Of a stretch of 64,000 nucleotides of DNA, positions 35,101 through 52,400 are shown in pieces. How positions within the stretch are numbered: the first letter of the stretch is position 1; every line of letters begins with the position of its first letter. This stretch comes from Amoebophrya sp. A120. Taxonomy: Eukaryota; Protista; Dinoflagellata. Where the stretch lies: assembly GCA_905178155.1 (NCBI GenBank), contig CAJINV010000019.1, positions 254,475 through 318,474 of the forward strand, written 5' to 3'. The position numbers were made by a program, and so were the translations under genes. The notes beneath the pieces were generated by a model. It saw only the letters and a list, made by a program, of their open reading frames with translations. It had not been told where the DNA came from and searched no databases.

Positions 35101-38100
35101 TGCTTGCTTTTTCCAATCGGGAGCATTGGCACTGTAGTACGGCGAGACGGCACGAAGTTCGAATCCGCTTGTTCACCAGGACCTGCCTGATCTTGAGCCG
35201 TGCTTATCTGCCGGAAAACGTTGGGCAAATGCAGCAACGCGCCGCAGTTGTGACCTCGGCTGCTGCACCGCTCGGGGTCTTGCGCAAGACAGATGAAGTC
35301 TGACGTGTCTGCGATGTAAGGATCTTGCTCGGAAATCACTTCTTGTCCGCCAGCGGTAACGAAGGAGGTCTTGTTTCCTTTCCTCTCTTCAGCTGCTGCT
35401 TGTCCAGCAGAACTGCTACTTCTCGTTTCAATCTCTGTTGTCTTCGCCTTGGCCACTGCTTCCTTTAACTTGGAATCCAACAGCTTCAAAAACTCCGGCG
35501 TGTCGTGCAGCTCATTTCGTTCGACGTGCACCCACCAGCGCAGCGCCATCTTCTCGCTCTTTTCCTCCTCGATCTCCATGCCGTGCTCCCTCAGCAACGC
35601 GTTCCTCTGCTCGCGCAGCTTCCTTTCAAAATCCATCGATCCCTGGGCCAGGAGGAGCTATGCATCGCGGACATGTCTGGATCTGGGAACTTGTGATGCC
35701 GGTTGAAGAATCACGAGGACGCCTGATGAGGCGACCACGCGTGACGAAGACGAGTTTCTGAGTTGCATACGGCAAACTGCGATTCTGCATGACAAAACAA
35801 GGGGTGCTAGTGCTTGGGTAAGGTCCAAATGACAGACTTCATTGATTCTCATGCTAGCGGAGCAACGCAGACCTTGTTGCGCTCACTCTTCCAGACCCAG
35901 ACATATTTGCAATGCATATCACCAGAAAAGTGACGATGCCCATGGGACTCAACGTTTCCCCATTGTCGGCGAGGTTCACCTCCAAAGCGGACTGGATTTT
36001 ATTTTCACTGCTCGCCCACGTGGTCCCAGCATTTGCGCCTCCCGCCGGCGCATATTGTGAGAAAAAATATCCCCACCCCATAGTCAAGATGGGAAATCTG
36101 CAACACAAACCCGGAAGTTTTGGGAGTCATGCATGACAAGTTCCCCTCTGTGTTGTAGTGCAGTTTCGCAAGGACAGCCGCATCACAAAGCCATCTCCTC
36201 ATCCTATTTGCACCATCACAAATTCCAAAACACGATTGGAGATGGCTCTCATGGGGATGCGCATTACAAGTCTTACTGTCTTTGCAAATCTGCATGACAA
36301 CTCTGGGGTGGGGACGTTTTTACTCAGGATAGCGCAGCCAGACTGTTCATGCGCGTGAAGCAGTATTTCAGCAGTTCTAGGCCGATATGGATTGCCAATA
36401 TGTCTGGGTCTGGAAACTTGTAATCCTAAATCTGAATGATAGACGCACTGCAATACGCAGCGACGCATGACAAATTTTTTGGCTGCCATGTCTTACGTAT
36501 TCCGCATGGCAAACTGCGTTTTTGCATGACAGGTAAGGGGGCCTTTTCGTGACTATGCAACGCAGATTCTCGAGTCATGCCAGACAAGCATGACAAACTT
36601 GCATTCTTCCAGACCCAGACATTTTTGCATTTGATAGCCGATGGCAATCAGCCCCGTGCCATTCACGCGGTTGCTGCTCAGGTCCAGCAGCTGCGTGGGC
36701 TGACACACGCGAAGCAGGTGGAGCACGCCGGGCGCTCGTAGTCGGTTGTTGGCCAGGATGACGGAGTGAAACCGCTGGCGGATTTTGTCCTGGAATCGCG
36801 CCTTTTTCACCTTGTGCGCGATCTCCTCAAGAAAATCATCCGTCAGAAAATGATTTTGGAGTTGCAGCTTCAACTGGTAGTCGGGGCCTGTCACGTAGTT
36901 TGGCATCGCGCGGCGCTTGATAGCGTTGCTGGAGGGAAGAACTTTATTTTGGGTCGTCGCTGCCCCCGTTTCTGCTCCTGTCGTGCAGCCGTCTCCGTGC
37001 TGCCTTTGTTCTGTTTTCACCGCAGTTGAAGATGTACTAGTTGCAGTTGCACCAAACAAAGAACTACCGTCAGTTATTTCCATGCTTGTCGCCACACCAA
37101 CTCCTGACTTAGCTACATCACCGGGGTGCTGCTCTGCCGCAACGAACGAAACGGCGCCTTGCGTATTTCCGGATGCAAAGGGGTCAAAAGACCCTGTTTG
37201 AACCGTCGCGACTACCACGTCGCTGCTGCTATGTGCTCGCTGTCGCTTTTTCGATGTTTTATGATTCAGCAACAACTCGTTCGCAGCCGCAGGCTCATGG
37301 CCTTTACTAGTTGTTTCCAGTGGGCGCCGTCGATTTTGCTGTTCTTGGTAGTCCTGATTCTTTGATTCTTGCTCTCTCTTCACCCTCTTTGCGGCTGGCT
37401 CGTCATCTACTTGCAGGTGTGCTGTCGTGTTTTCAGCCTCGACGTTGTCCTTATTGCCGATCTTCGGCTGCGGCCCTGGGGGGTGTTGGGTCCCGTTGCG
37501 TGCACCTTGAAGATTGTGGCGACCTAGTGTCTGTGTCGTAGTCCCTGCCACCGCGGAAGAAAAAACCGCTTTCGACTCCTCGTCCAGAGACACGTCTTCG
37601 TCGTCCTTGCTGACAGATGACGCTGACGCGCTTCCATCATCATCGGATGGCAACTCCGACTCGTCCGACGTGCTGCTGTCGCTCGTATCGCTGATGAAGG
37701 ACACCAGCTCCGCTTCCTCCTCTGCAGCGTCCTCGACGGCGCCACGGGTAGAAGAAACAAGATGAGCCGACTTATTTTTGTCCCTTGATGTCAGCGACAA
37801 GGAAAGGTTCTTCCCTTGCAGGAGCTCCTGCTGGTCGTCTTCATCGTGCTTTGTATTTCCTTGTTGTCCACCCGTGGTCTCGGAAGCTGCACCCGATGAC
37901 AACACAGGCAACCGAAACGCAGACGAACTCGACGCGCTGGCCGAAGTACCGACGAGAACCCCGCCAGAACTTGCATTTCCTGTGGTCGTCGTCGTCGTCG
38001 GGGTTTTACCTTTACTTCCTGGTGGCAAGGCCCGCTCGAAGTCGTGGTCCCGGAAAGACAGGATTTTTCTTTTCCTGGCCTTCTTCTTCGCAACAGGTGC

Positions 38101-38931
38101 GACGTGAAAAATGTCGTTGTTGTCCAACTTATTGCCTTTTGCGTTTTTGCCCTTGACGATGTGGTTGTTCTGCTTGCTTATGCTTTTGTTACCGTCCCTC
38201 GTGTAGTTGTCCTTTTCTTGTTCAGGGTCCGACTCTGTGTAAAAGCTGCCGTCTTCCCCCGATGACCCCCCCTCTTCGCCAAGTACGGTCGCGAGCACCG
38301 ATCTTTTCCGCCTTCTGTTTCTCGCGTTTCTCTGCTCTTCCTCCAGGTCCTGGTCCGTTTGAAACACCTCGGGAACCTGATCCAGCTTCCAGCACTTTTG
38401 CAAATAACCTGGTGGACTGGCTTGTTTGCTATTTGGCGCAGGAGCGGCGGTGGGGTCAAGAACTTCGCCATCTTCGATCGGCACTACGATTGGCACGTAG
38501 ATTCCATACCTGGGGAACCGGTTCCGGCACTGCGGACAGGTGTTCTCCCGCTGGCTCCACAGCCGCACGCAATCCGCGTGGCCCTTGTGGCCGCAGGGGT
38601 GCAGAATCGCGACTTCGTCATCGTCCTCCACATCGAGTAGACACACGTCGCAAGCAAAGGAGGCGACAGGCTGCTGTGGAGAATCAGCGATTGGGTTGTA
38701 GTTTGGGTTTATTGCACTGGAAGAAGAGGAAGACGCTCCTCCTGCTGCTCCTGTTGGTCTTGATAAAAATATCTGCTGCTGTTCTTGCTGACCAACATCG
38801 TCTACTGGCACGGGTTTGCAAAATAGCTCCTCTCTCCGCAAAACTTCGGCAAAGCCCTTGCCCAAGGTTTTGTCCCGAAGCCGCTTCGACCGCCGCGTTC
38901 CTGCGGAAAAAAACATCGTCGTGTCGGCCAC
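29190..38931 (-). CDS. ~2030-aa protein with N-terminal RING-H2 finger and a short LRR-like segment (putative E3 ligase)
   Basis: CDVCLLD…HPCGHKGHADCVRLWSQRENTCPQCR; LRVCQPTQLLDLSSNRV…LEVNLADN. Removing 15 introners plus one TSD each leaves 6093 nt (2031 codons), open through the joins translated. Confidence 0.85.
29330..29611. mobile_element. Introner G2
   Basis: TSD CGTGC/CGTGT. Confidence 0.88.
29674..29855. mobile_element. Introner A7
   Basis: TSD CTCCA. Confidence 0.88.
30719..30992. mobile_element. Introner B5
   Basis: TSD AGCAC. Confidence 0.92.
31075..31363. mobile_element. Introner G3
   Basis: TSD GTAGG/TTAGG. Confidence 0.88.
31438..31661. mobile_element. Introner C4
   Basis: TSD CGTTC. 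Confidence 0.9.
31755..32005. mobile_element. Introner B6
   Basis: TSD CGCGT/TGCGT. Confidence 0.9.
32059..32202. mobile_element. Introner A8
   Basis: TSD CAGGT. Confidence 0.92.
32306..32566. mobile_element. Introner B7
   Basis: TSD ACGTT; reverse-orientation relative of B1. Confidence 0.92.
32788..32996. mobile_element. Introner D5
   Basis: TSD CCCCC; close relative of D3. Confidence 0.9.
33128..33389. mobile_element. Introner B8
   Basis: TSD CGATC. Confidence 0.92.
33919..34070. mobile_element. Introner A9
   Basis: TSD TCCTC. Confidence 0.92.
34279..34532. mobile_element. Introner B9
   Basis: TSD GTCCA. Confidence 0.92.
35659..35918. mobile_element. Introner B10 (degenerate left arm, TSD lost)
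   Basis: Flanks GGAGC/TCACC do not match, but removing the element plus 5 nt keeps the frame. Confidence 0.8.
36053..36331. mobile_element. Introner G4 (G body, F-like left cap)
   Basis: TSD GCGCA. Confidence 0.9.
36386..36636. mobile_element. Introner B11
   Basis: TSD GCCGA; close relative of B3 and B15. Confidence 0.92.
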
Positions 38932-40424
38932 GACCCTCGCACCTGCTGACCACGGGCTCTTTGTAGTTCAACCAGACCTTCTCCACCTTAGTAGATGAAG
39001 AGCAACGGTCGTCAGCGTCCTGAATATGATCTCCTGCTAGAAATCTTCGATGAGCGGGTCGTATGAACAATGTCGCGGGGGAAAAGAGGGGGTCGCGAGG
39101 AAGCAAAAACTTTGCAGGGCTCATGATCGGATTGCAGAATCAGATCTACATCTACTATGGCAGGTCTAGTTCTAGATCTAGTACGTCTACTTATTCGCTA
39201 TAATAAACCGAAAAAAAGTAGGCAGGCACTAGCGGTGGTCATAAAGGTGCCCAAATAAAACCATTCACGAAGGCCGTGTGCCGAATAAATGAAAGCAGTT
39301 GTCACAGTGAATTCCTAGTAAGCAGCCATCCTTTAATTATTGCACTTGTCAGCGACGCCAGCAAAAGCCCTGGCGTGGCGCACGAAGAAAGGCGAATAAA
39401 CAAATCTTAATTCTTGAAGCAAGTTCATCCTTATGTACTACTCTAGGTTTGCGGCTTGTGCGACAGGATCATCTACAAAAAATCCGACCTTAAAATAGAC
39501 ACAGCAAGGTATGCGTGTAGTAGTGTTGGTAGGATCAAGGTGCAGATACGTGGAGCGGAGCCTTGGTGAGCCTGAGAAGAAAAAGTCGGCAACATTGAAA
39601 ATTTAGAAGACAGAATATGCAGAGGCTCAGTATGATCCATTCTCAACTATTCGGACTCGTACATGCTTTCTTCTTGTGAGTGCAAACAGCCAACACTTAC
39701 ACCTGATGATCAGGAACGCTCAGGAAATAGAAAACTGCAAAGCGATGGTGGAAATAATGCTTGTTCACTTCACGACTTCACATCAAGATCGCTGTGCCCC
39801 GCGCAAGCACCGAGTAGAGCTACAGTGGTCATCTACTTCGGCACACGGAAAGAGACAAAGAGGACTCAGTGCCAATTCTTGTCGCCGCGACCTACTCTGA
39901 CGAGTGAGGTGAACAATCTTAATCTTCTTTCGATCCCATGCGGTAAGATGAATCTGTCTTGTCGCTGGTTCATCGTTGGAAGATAGACGCGGACAACTCC
40001 CGACTCGTTTGTATTTAGTCTTTGTGCCAGCAAAAACTGGCCTGGGTGTTGTATTCCTTTATGCTTATTCCTTGTTTCATCGTCTACTCTACTCTGCAAA
40101 GACAGAGGATCACTGGTGTCGTCAACATGACAAACGCGAAAAACAAGCATGTTTTCTTGCGGTTCTGATAGTATCGGCCTTCGACGCGGCCGGGAGTTTG
40201 TTCAAAAGAGTATCTATGTATACCTCGGGCGCAGCTTGTGCTGCTCCAAGTAGATAAGCCTATCATAAAAATTTTCTGGCTTAGGAGTTCATATCACTCC
40301 TTCGCAGCCGCGCTCATGTACTTAATTACCACGACGTTCGTCTTTGTTTATTATCTTTCAAAAAAATCCGCGCTGTGTAAAATCTACGTTTTTCCTCCTG
40401 AGCAGCCACACACCAGCAGCGTCC

Positions 40425-46443
<6,019 letters not shown>

Positions 46444-46459
46444 TGTTGCACTACGTATG

Positions 46460-47733
46460 TTAATCGCAAAGTGCCTTGGCGTTAATTCATATTCAAAATG
46501 ATTTCAAAAGGAATTCAAAAAGTCAAGGTTTTCAATTTTCGCCTGCCCATAAAAATGCCGAATCTCCCGCCAAAATGAAAGACCACGATCCGGATGTGGA
46601 CCATTCCTGGGTCCCATGCCGTGTGCCTGTGCGGGGCAACTTGCTTGAATAGCGCAACGCCATCCATTTTTGCGCGTGCTTCATTTGGGAGGGTGTGCGG
46701 CTTGGAATTGGCACGGCCACAAGCTCTGGACAATGGTGTGGCCGCTTAAGATTGGACCGCCAGGGGCCCTCGGCAATTCATCTGACACACACCACGCCCG
46801 ACCAAAGCCGCAACGCATGGGGCCAGCGCAATTCTGTTCCCGGGGCGGCCGAAAGATAGCCCAGAAGCAGCCTCCCCCCTCCGATTGGTCGGGCCTCATT
46901 AGGGCCTAACATATATGCCAGGCCACAGACCAAATCAATACCATAGCGACATCATACAGAGTGCCCACTTTCAAAAGGAAATTGGCGGGCCTGAGCAATT
47001 TCAAAAAGAAATTGGCGGCCTGAACGGAATTCAAAAAGAAATTGGCGGGAGAGATGGAATTCAAAAAGAAATTGGCGCCCCCGACACAATTCAAAAAGAA
47101 ATTGGCGGCCCTGGGCAATTTCAAAAAATAGTTGGGAATAAGTTGGACACAAGTTCAAAATAAGTTGGATCAGGGACTCTTAGTATGGGAAACAGAAAAA
47201 AGTTGGCTTCCAACTTATTTCCAACTATTTTCTGAATCTGGCGAAAGGAGACTTCTCAAGACCCGGGGCCTCTTGAGTTGGCTTGCTTTACTGCAGGCCC
47301 TTTCGAATATCGGAATCCCTCTTCCGAAGCGCTGTCGAAAAGCCCTTAGGCGTGAAGCCGAGACTATCGACGTCCCGCAAACTATACCACAACACTCTCC
47401 TGAAAGAAAAAGGGGCGGGAAAAGGTCACGAAGGAAAGCCTCTACACAAAAAGTACTCCCGCGACCTGTCTGGAAAAACATGTCCCGCAGCCAGCTTCAC
47501 AGATAACACGAAACGGAAGGCATCCCGCCGTCTTTGTCCCTAGCGCAGAGATTCTAGAGGAGCCCGAGCTGAGCGCCTAGGTCCTGGGCGTACATGGAAG
47601 CGATTAGCTGTAAAGCGTGGCAGGAGCACAAACTGGCACACAAAACCTGCGCACATTACATCCAGTCATGCTTCCGAAACAGAGTCCCACTACCACAACT
47701 GAGGGCTCGTTTACCACAGTCCCACAACCACAA
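46460..47733. mobile_element. Unclassified 1.27-kb insert flanked by a ~52-55 bp direct duplication of the PGM start region
   Basis: AGAGGTTAAGAGGGT.TTGG(TCG)TGGGGGACGCAACCATTGTTGCACTACGTATG occurs at 46251-46459 (interrupted by A11) and at 47734-47785. Confidence 0.55.
46970..47135. repeat. 30-bp tandem repeat, ~5.5 copies (constant TTCAAAAAGAAATTGGCG plus variable 12 nt)
   Basis: Directly visible. Confidence 0.9.
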
Positions 47734-49450
47734 AGAGGTTAAGAGGGTCTTGGTGGGGGACGCAACCATTGTTGCACTACGTATGCCGTGGTTCTCGATA
47801 AAGATCAGGGGAACGACGACGAGGACGGCGACAGTAAAAAGTCAAATAGAAAGATGAGTATTTTTACGAGCCTCGACAACGGCGGGTTACAGTTAGATGA
47901 TAGGCGAGCCAAAAATTGTAATCAAAAAAAAAACGAAACGGAATGAATAAAGTTATGGCTGTTTCAAAAGCCGTATACAAGGTAAAGTAGGCAAGAGCAG
48001 ACGAGATGACGATGAGTGAGCAAACCTGGGTTGCTTTTGATATTACATTTATTCTCTGCCTTTGATTGCCTGGGAAGTTTTATTTCATCAAGCTGCAAGG
48101 TCGGAAATTGATTTCGAGAGATTCGGATTCCTACCGAAGTACGTAACCATGCCGGTAGAATAGAAAGCCAAAACATGGATCTCGAACACTTTTCGGACAG
48201 GCACAGGAACAATCACAAAGAATATATAAAGACAGTCAAACTTCCAACAGAAAATGGCAGCAACACAATCCAAAAACGCCGGCGCTATAATTGCTGCAGC
48301 CGCAGATCTTTGCGTAGTAAGTTATTGCCGGTGCCACTACCAGCAGCAGCTTGGTATTACAGGAGCTCCCACGATCTTGATCTTTGAAGCTGAACAGGAA
48401 TCACGCCGCCCACGTGTGGAAAAAGTGACCGCGTTTCGTTGCAAAGTGGGAGCGCTCCTGCAGCCGCTTGGCATGGCAATGCTCATGCTTTGGTTTTGTT
48501 TTTTCCCATCTTGATGTTTCGGTTTCGGAATATTATACAGGGTGCATTTATTTTTCTGGATTTTTGCTTCAAAAATGGCGTGCGCAGCCGCAGCTTGTTC
48601 ATTCATGCAGTGACAGTGTGTGAAACAGTTATTACAACAGGCGGTAGTACATTGATATACGTTGTCGAAGCTAGCTTTTGTTTGAAAAAAATTTTCTTTC
48701 GTTTGAAAGGCTAAGCAATTGCTACAACCAGCTCTAGTATTGATATCAAAATGGTACTCGTTGCTGCATTCTTGATAGGACTGGCTTGGCCAGGAAAAAA
48801 CGGCTTTCACAACTTCGTCTTCGTGCAGCTGCAGTTGAGTACTACTTTTGCGAAATCGTTGCATTCATACTTCGTATGGTTTCGTTTTTTTTGAAACCCT
48901 AATGACTTCAACCTCTTCACAATCACCTCTATGCTTTTATCGCACACTTTGATATCATGCGGCGTTGCATGCTGATGCTATTAACATTTGATGGCGTCCA
49001 GCTCCTCGCTGGGTTTTGTATCGCCATCCTCTTGTACTACTACAACTATACTAGCTTTTTATCGACTATATTCGATCCATCTCTACCCTAAAAAAGTGTT
49101 GAAGTTCTGTTTTGAATGCCTGAGCTGTTACATCTTCTCGAAGGTGGTATGGTTAATTCTTCTGCACGCTAGAGCTTGAATACGACCCCCTCCACTCACT
49201 TCATCTGGCACGAGGATTTATTTTGCGCAGAAATTTTTTGCTTTGTTCCTTGTACAGTGTAGACTTTGACGCTTATTCAAATCTCTCTGCCCTTTATTCC
49301 TTCTTTGCCTCTGGAGGTGCGAGGAAGATGGCGTCTGCAATGGAGCCATGCAGTAGTACTACCTGTGCCCGTCAAAAAAAGTTATGAACTTCGAAATCAC
49401 GAAGAATTCAAAGAACTTTATTCTTGTTACCTTGAAGAAACTTTCCCGCC

Positions 49451-52400
49451 CTAGTAAATGCCGTCCGCAAAGTTTCTCAAAGTCCAAAAGGGCACGTCCC
49501 CGATTGCCTCCCCGACTTATAACGTGCTCAGGTGTTACAATCTCAAGCGTTACAATAGAATCTGGAATTTGTGTTGTATGATGAGCATGACAGACTCGCA
49601 CAGCGTTCCACCTTTTGCAATACAAATTTCGCCAGATCCCAGTGCGGATTGGGCCTCCAGAACTTGTCATGCGCAATCCTGTGGGAGTAGGCTAGGTCAT
49701 GCACTCTTGCATCACAGATTACAACTACATTCTATTGTAACGTTTGAGATTGCAACAGCTGAGCGCGTTATACGACTTTCTTCGCCTTTTTGCTCACGGC
49801 CTTCAGCGTGAACTCGATGCCGACTTCCTGCTATCCTGAGTAAAAACGTACCCACGCCAGAGCTGTAATGCAGATTTGCAAAGACAGGAAGACTTGTAAT
49901 GCGCATCCCCATGAGAGCCATTTCCAGTCGTGTTTTGGAATTTGTGATGCTGTGAACAGGATGAGCAGATGAATCTGTGATGCGGCTGCACTTGCTAACC
50001 TGCACTACACTGCATAGTGCAACTTGTCATGCGTGATTCACAAAACTCCTAGGCTTGTGTTGCAAAATCCTCATCCTGACTCTGGTGTGGGTACGTTTTT
50101 ACTCAGGATACCTGCTTGACGTTCTCGGAAGATTTTTCCTGGTTTTTTTCGCGGTTGCTACGAACGGAAGTACTCCCGCTTGATGTTGTTCCCTGCTCGG
50201 TTTCGAGCAAGCTGGTTTTTCCCGGTGCAGTCGGAAAAGCACCACCTGCTCCGGCCAGCGTCGCTTTCGCGGCCGCAAGCGAATCTCGGTCCATCGGCAG
50301 GATGGGCTTGGGCACATTCGCCGGCTGAAGTATCGGGCTTTTGCTGCTCACCTTCGCGCTACTGCTGGTGCTGTCGTCACGTACCTCCTGCCGAGGTTGG
50401 GATTCGGGGAAGATAATGGTTGCCGGATTGTGGTCGGACGAATCTGAGGCGTGCGTTATCCTGAGTAAAAACGTCCCCACGCCAGAGCTGTCATGCAGAT
50501 CTGCATGCCAAAAAAGTTTGTCATGCGGAGCGCCATGAGAGGCATTTCCTAGTCGTGCTTTGGAATTTGTGACGCTATAATCAGCATGATATGCTAGATC
50601 TGTGACGCTGCTGCACTACCTAAACAGGATTACACTACGAGGAGAAACTTATCATGCCAAACGACCAAAGCTGGCTGATTTGTCTAGCAGATTTCCCATC
50701 TTGACTCTGGGGCGGGGATGTTTTTACAAATGATATGCGTGGCCTCCTCTTGGTGGTCGTGCTTCTTGTGAATCAGGATGTCTTCGCCCTGCAGCGGCGT
50801 GTTGGAGGTCACCAGAGTTTCCTGTTTTGTTCAATTCGACAGGTGTAAGGCAAAGGTATTGAAAAACCTTACGAAACATGACGCGGCATTGGTGAGTGAC
50901 TATGAGATAGCATAGAAGTAGCGACGATCACAACACAAAAATGCACAACAGATTTTCGTAAAATGGTAAAAAAAACTTTTTCAAGTACATTCGCGCTATC
51001 CACTTGCTGTGCGGGGAAGGTTAATTCCGTCGGATTTCCGTTCAACGTAGGGCAGGCCGTCATGTCTCCGGGTGTTCCCTCCCGCCGGCTGAAGGACATG
51101 GTCGGCTTTTCTCCCCGGTCGTACATCACCAAGTACTCCCGGATGAAGGGTTGCCCCAACAGCCAGACCGGCCCGAAGTCGCGGCTGGTCGGGAGGGGCG
51201 TGGTCATCAGCGAGAGCTTGCAATCCCCGGAGTCGGACGCTTTCACGTACCAGCTGGCCGGGATGGTAACGTGGAAAAAATTATCCTGTGCAAAAGCTGG
51301 AGATACTGCTCGCAATAATTGCAACCACGCAGAGCAGAGGAATTTTGCTTTTCCTTTTGAAGCTAGATTCATCTGCATGAGAAGTTTCATCTTTGCGAAG
51401 ATTTGTCCTCATGCAATTGCCACTAATAAGACCCCTACTTTTGCATTCCCTAAGACTTCCCATCCGTTCCCTTCAGGCCGAGAACAATGTCTGGCAGCTC
51501 CTTTTGGTTGCTGCAGTCCGACAAGAGTCCCTGACCCTCCTATCCTGAGTAAAAACGTACCCACACCAGAGTTGTGATGCAGATTTGCAAAGACAGGAAG
51601 ACTTGTAATGCGCATCCCCATGAGAGCCATTTCCAATCGTATTTTGGAATTTGTGATGCTGTGAATAGGATGAGCAGATGAATCTGTGATGCGGCTGCAC
51701 TTGCTAACCTGCACTACACTGCAGAGTGCAACTTGTCATGCGTGACTCACAAAACTTCTAGGTTTGTGTTGCAAAATCCCCATCCTGACTCTGGTGTGGG
51801 TACGTTTTTACTCAGGATACCTCCTTATCCACGATCATGCCCTCCAGTGTGGAGAGCAACCCCGAGGGGGCGCCAAGCATGAGAGTGCACAACCCCTTTC
51901 TCGCCTCCCCGCCGTTATCGCTTGCACGTTGGCATGAACATCGGCACTACACACACCGGCAAGCGCGCAGTCTGCGCATGACAAATAGATCGAGCGGCAG
52001 AGTCGTGAAGTGCTTTTCTTTGGACTTTGTCATGCAACTGCAAGCGGTGCCATAAGACAGCAGCTGAGTTAAGTAACTAATTTGTTTTGTATTTGGGACT
52101 ACATCTCATGACAGAGGAAAACGAGGGCGAGTTGTGCACCCTCATACCCAGGGAGCTGGTTCCAGAATCGACCACAGCTGCACAGTATCAAATGTAAAAA
52201 TGTCTGGGTCTGGAAGGGTCATGCTGTTTCTGCATGACACAGAAGGTCTGGCATGGAAGCTCTAGCATCACAGGTTTCGAGAAGCTTCCGCAATGCCGAA
52301 TCCGCATGACAAATCCCTCATTTTGGTAGACAGAAAGTGAGCAGCTTTTGCTGCCTATGCGTATGCATCAGAGATTTTTGTGGGTTCTGAAATGCGCATC

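Noticed and set aside
48337-48864. 175-aa Cys-containing minus-strand ORF as a zinc-finger gene
   Set aside because: Cys spacing fits no family I recognise and the context is AT-rich; it cannot be supported without expression data.
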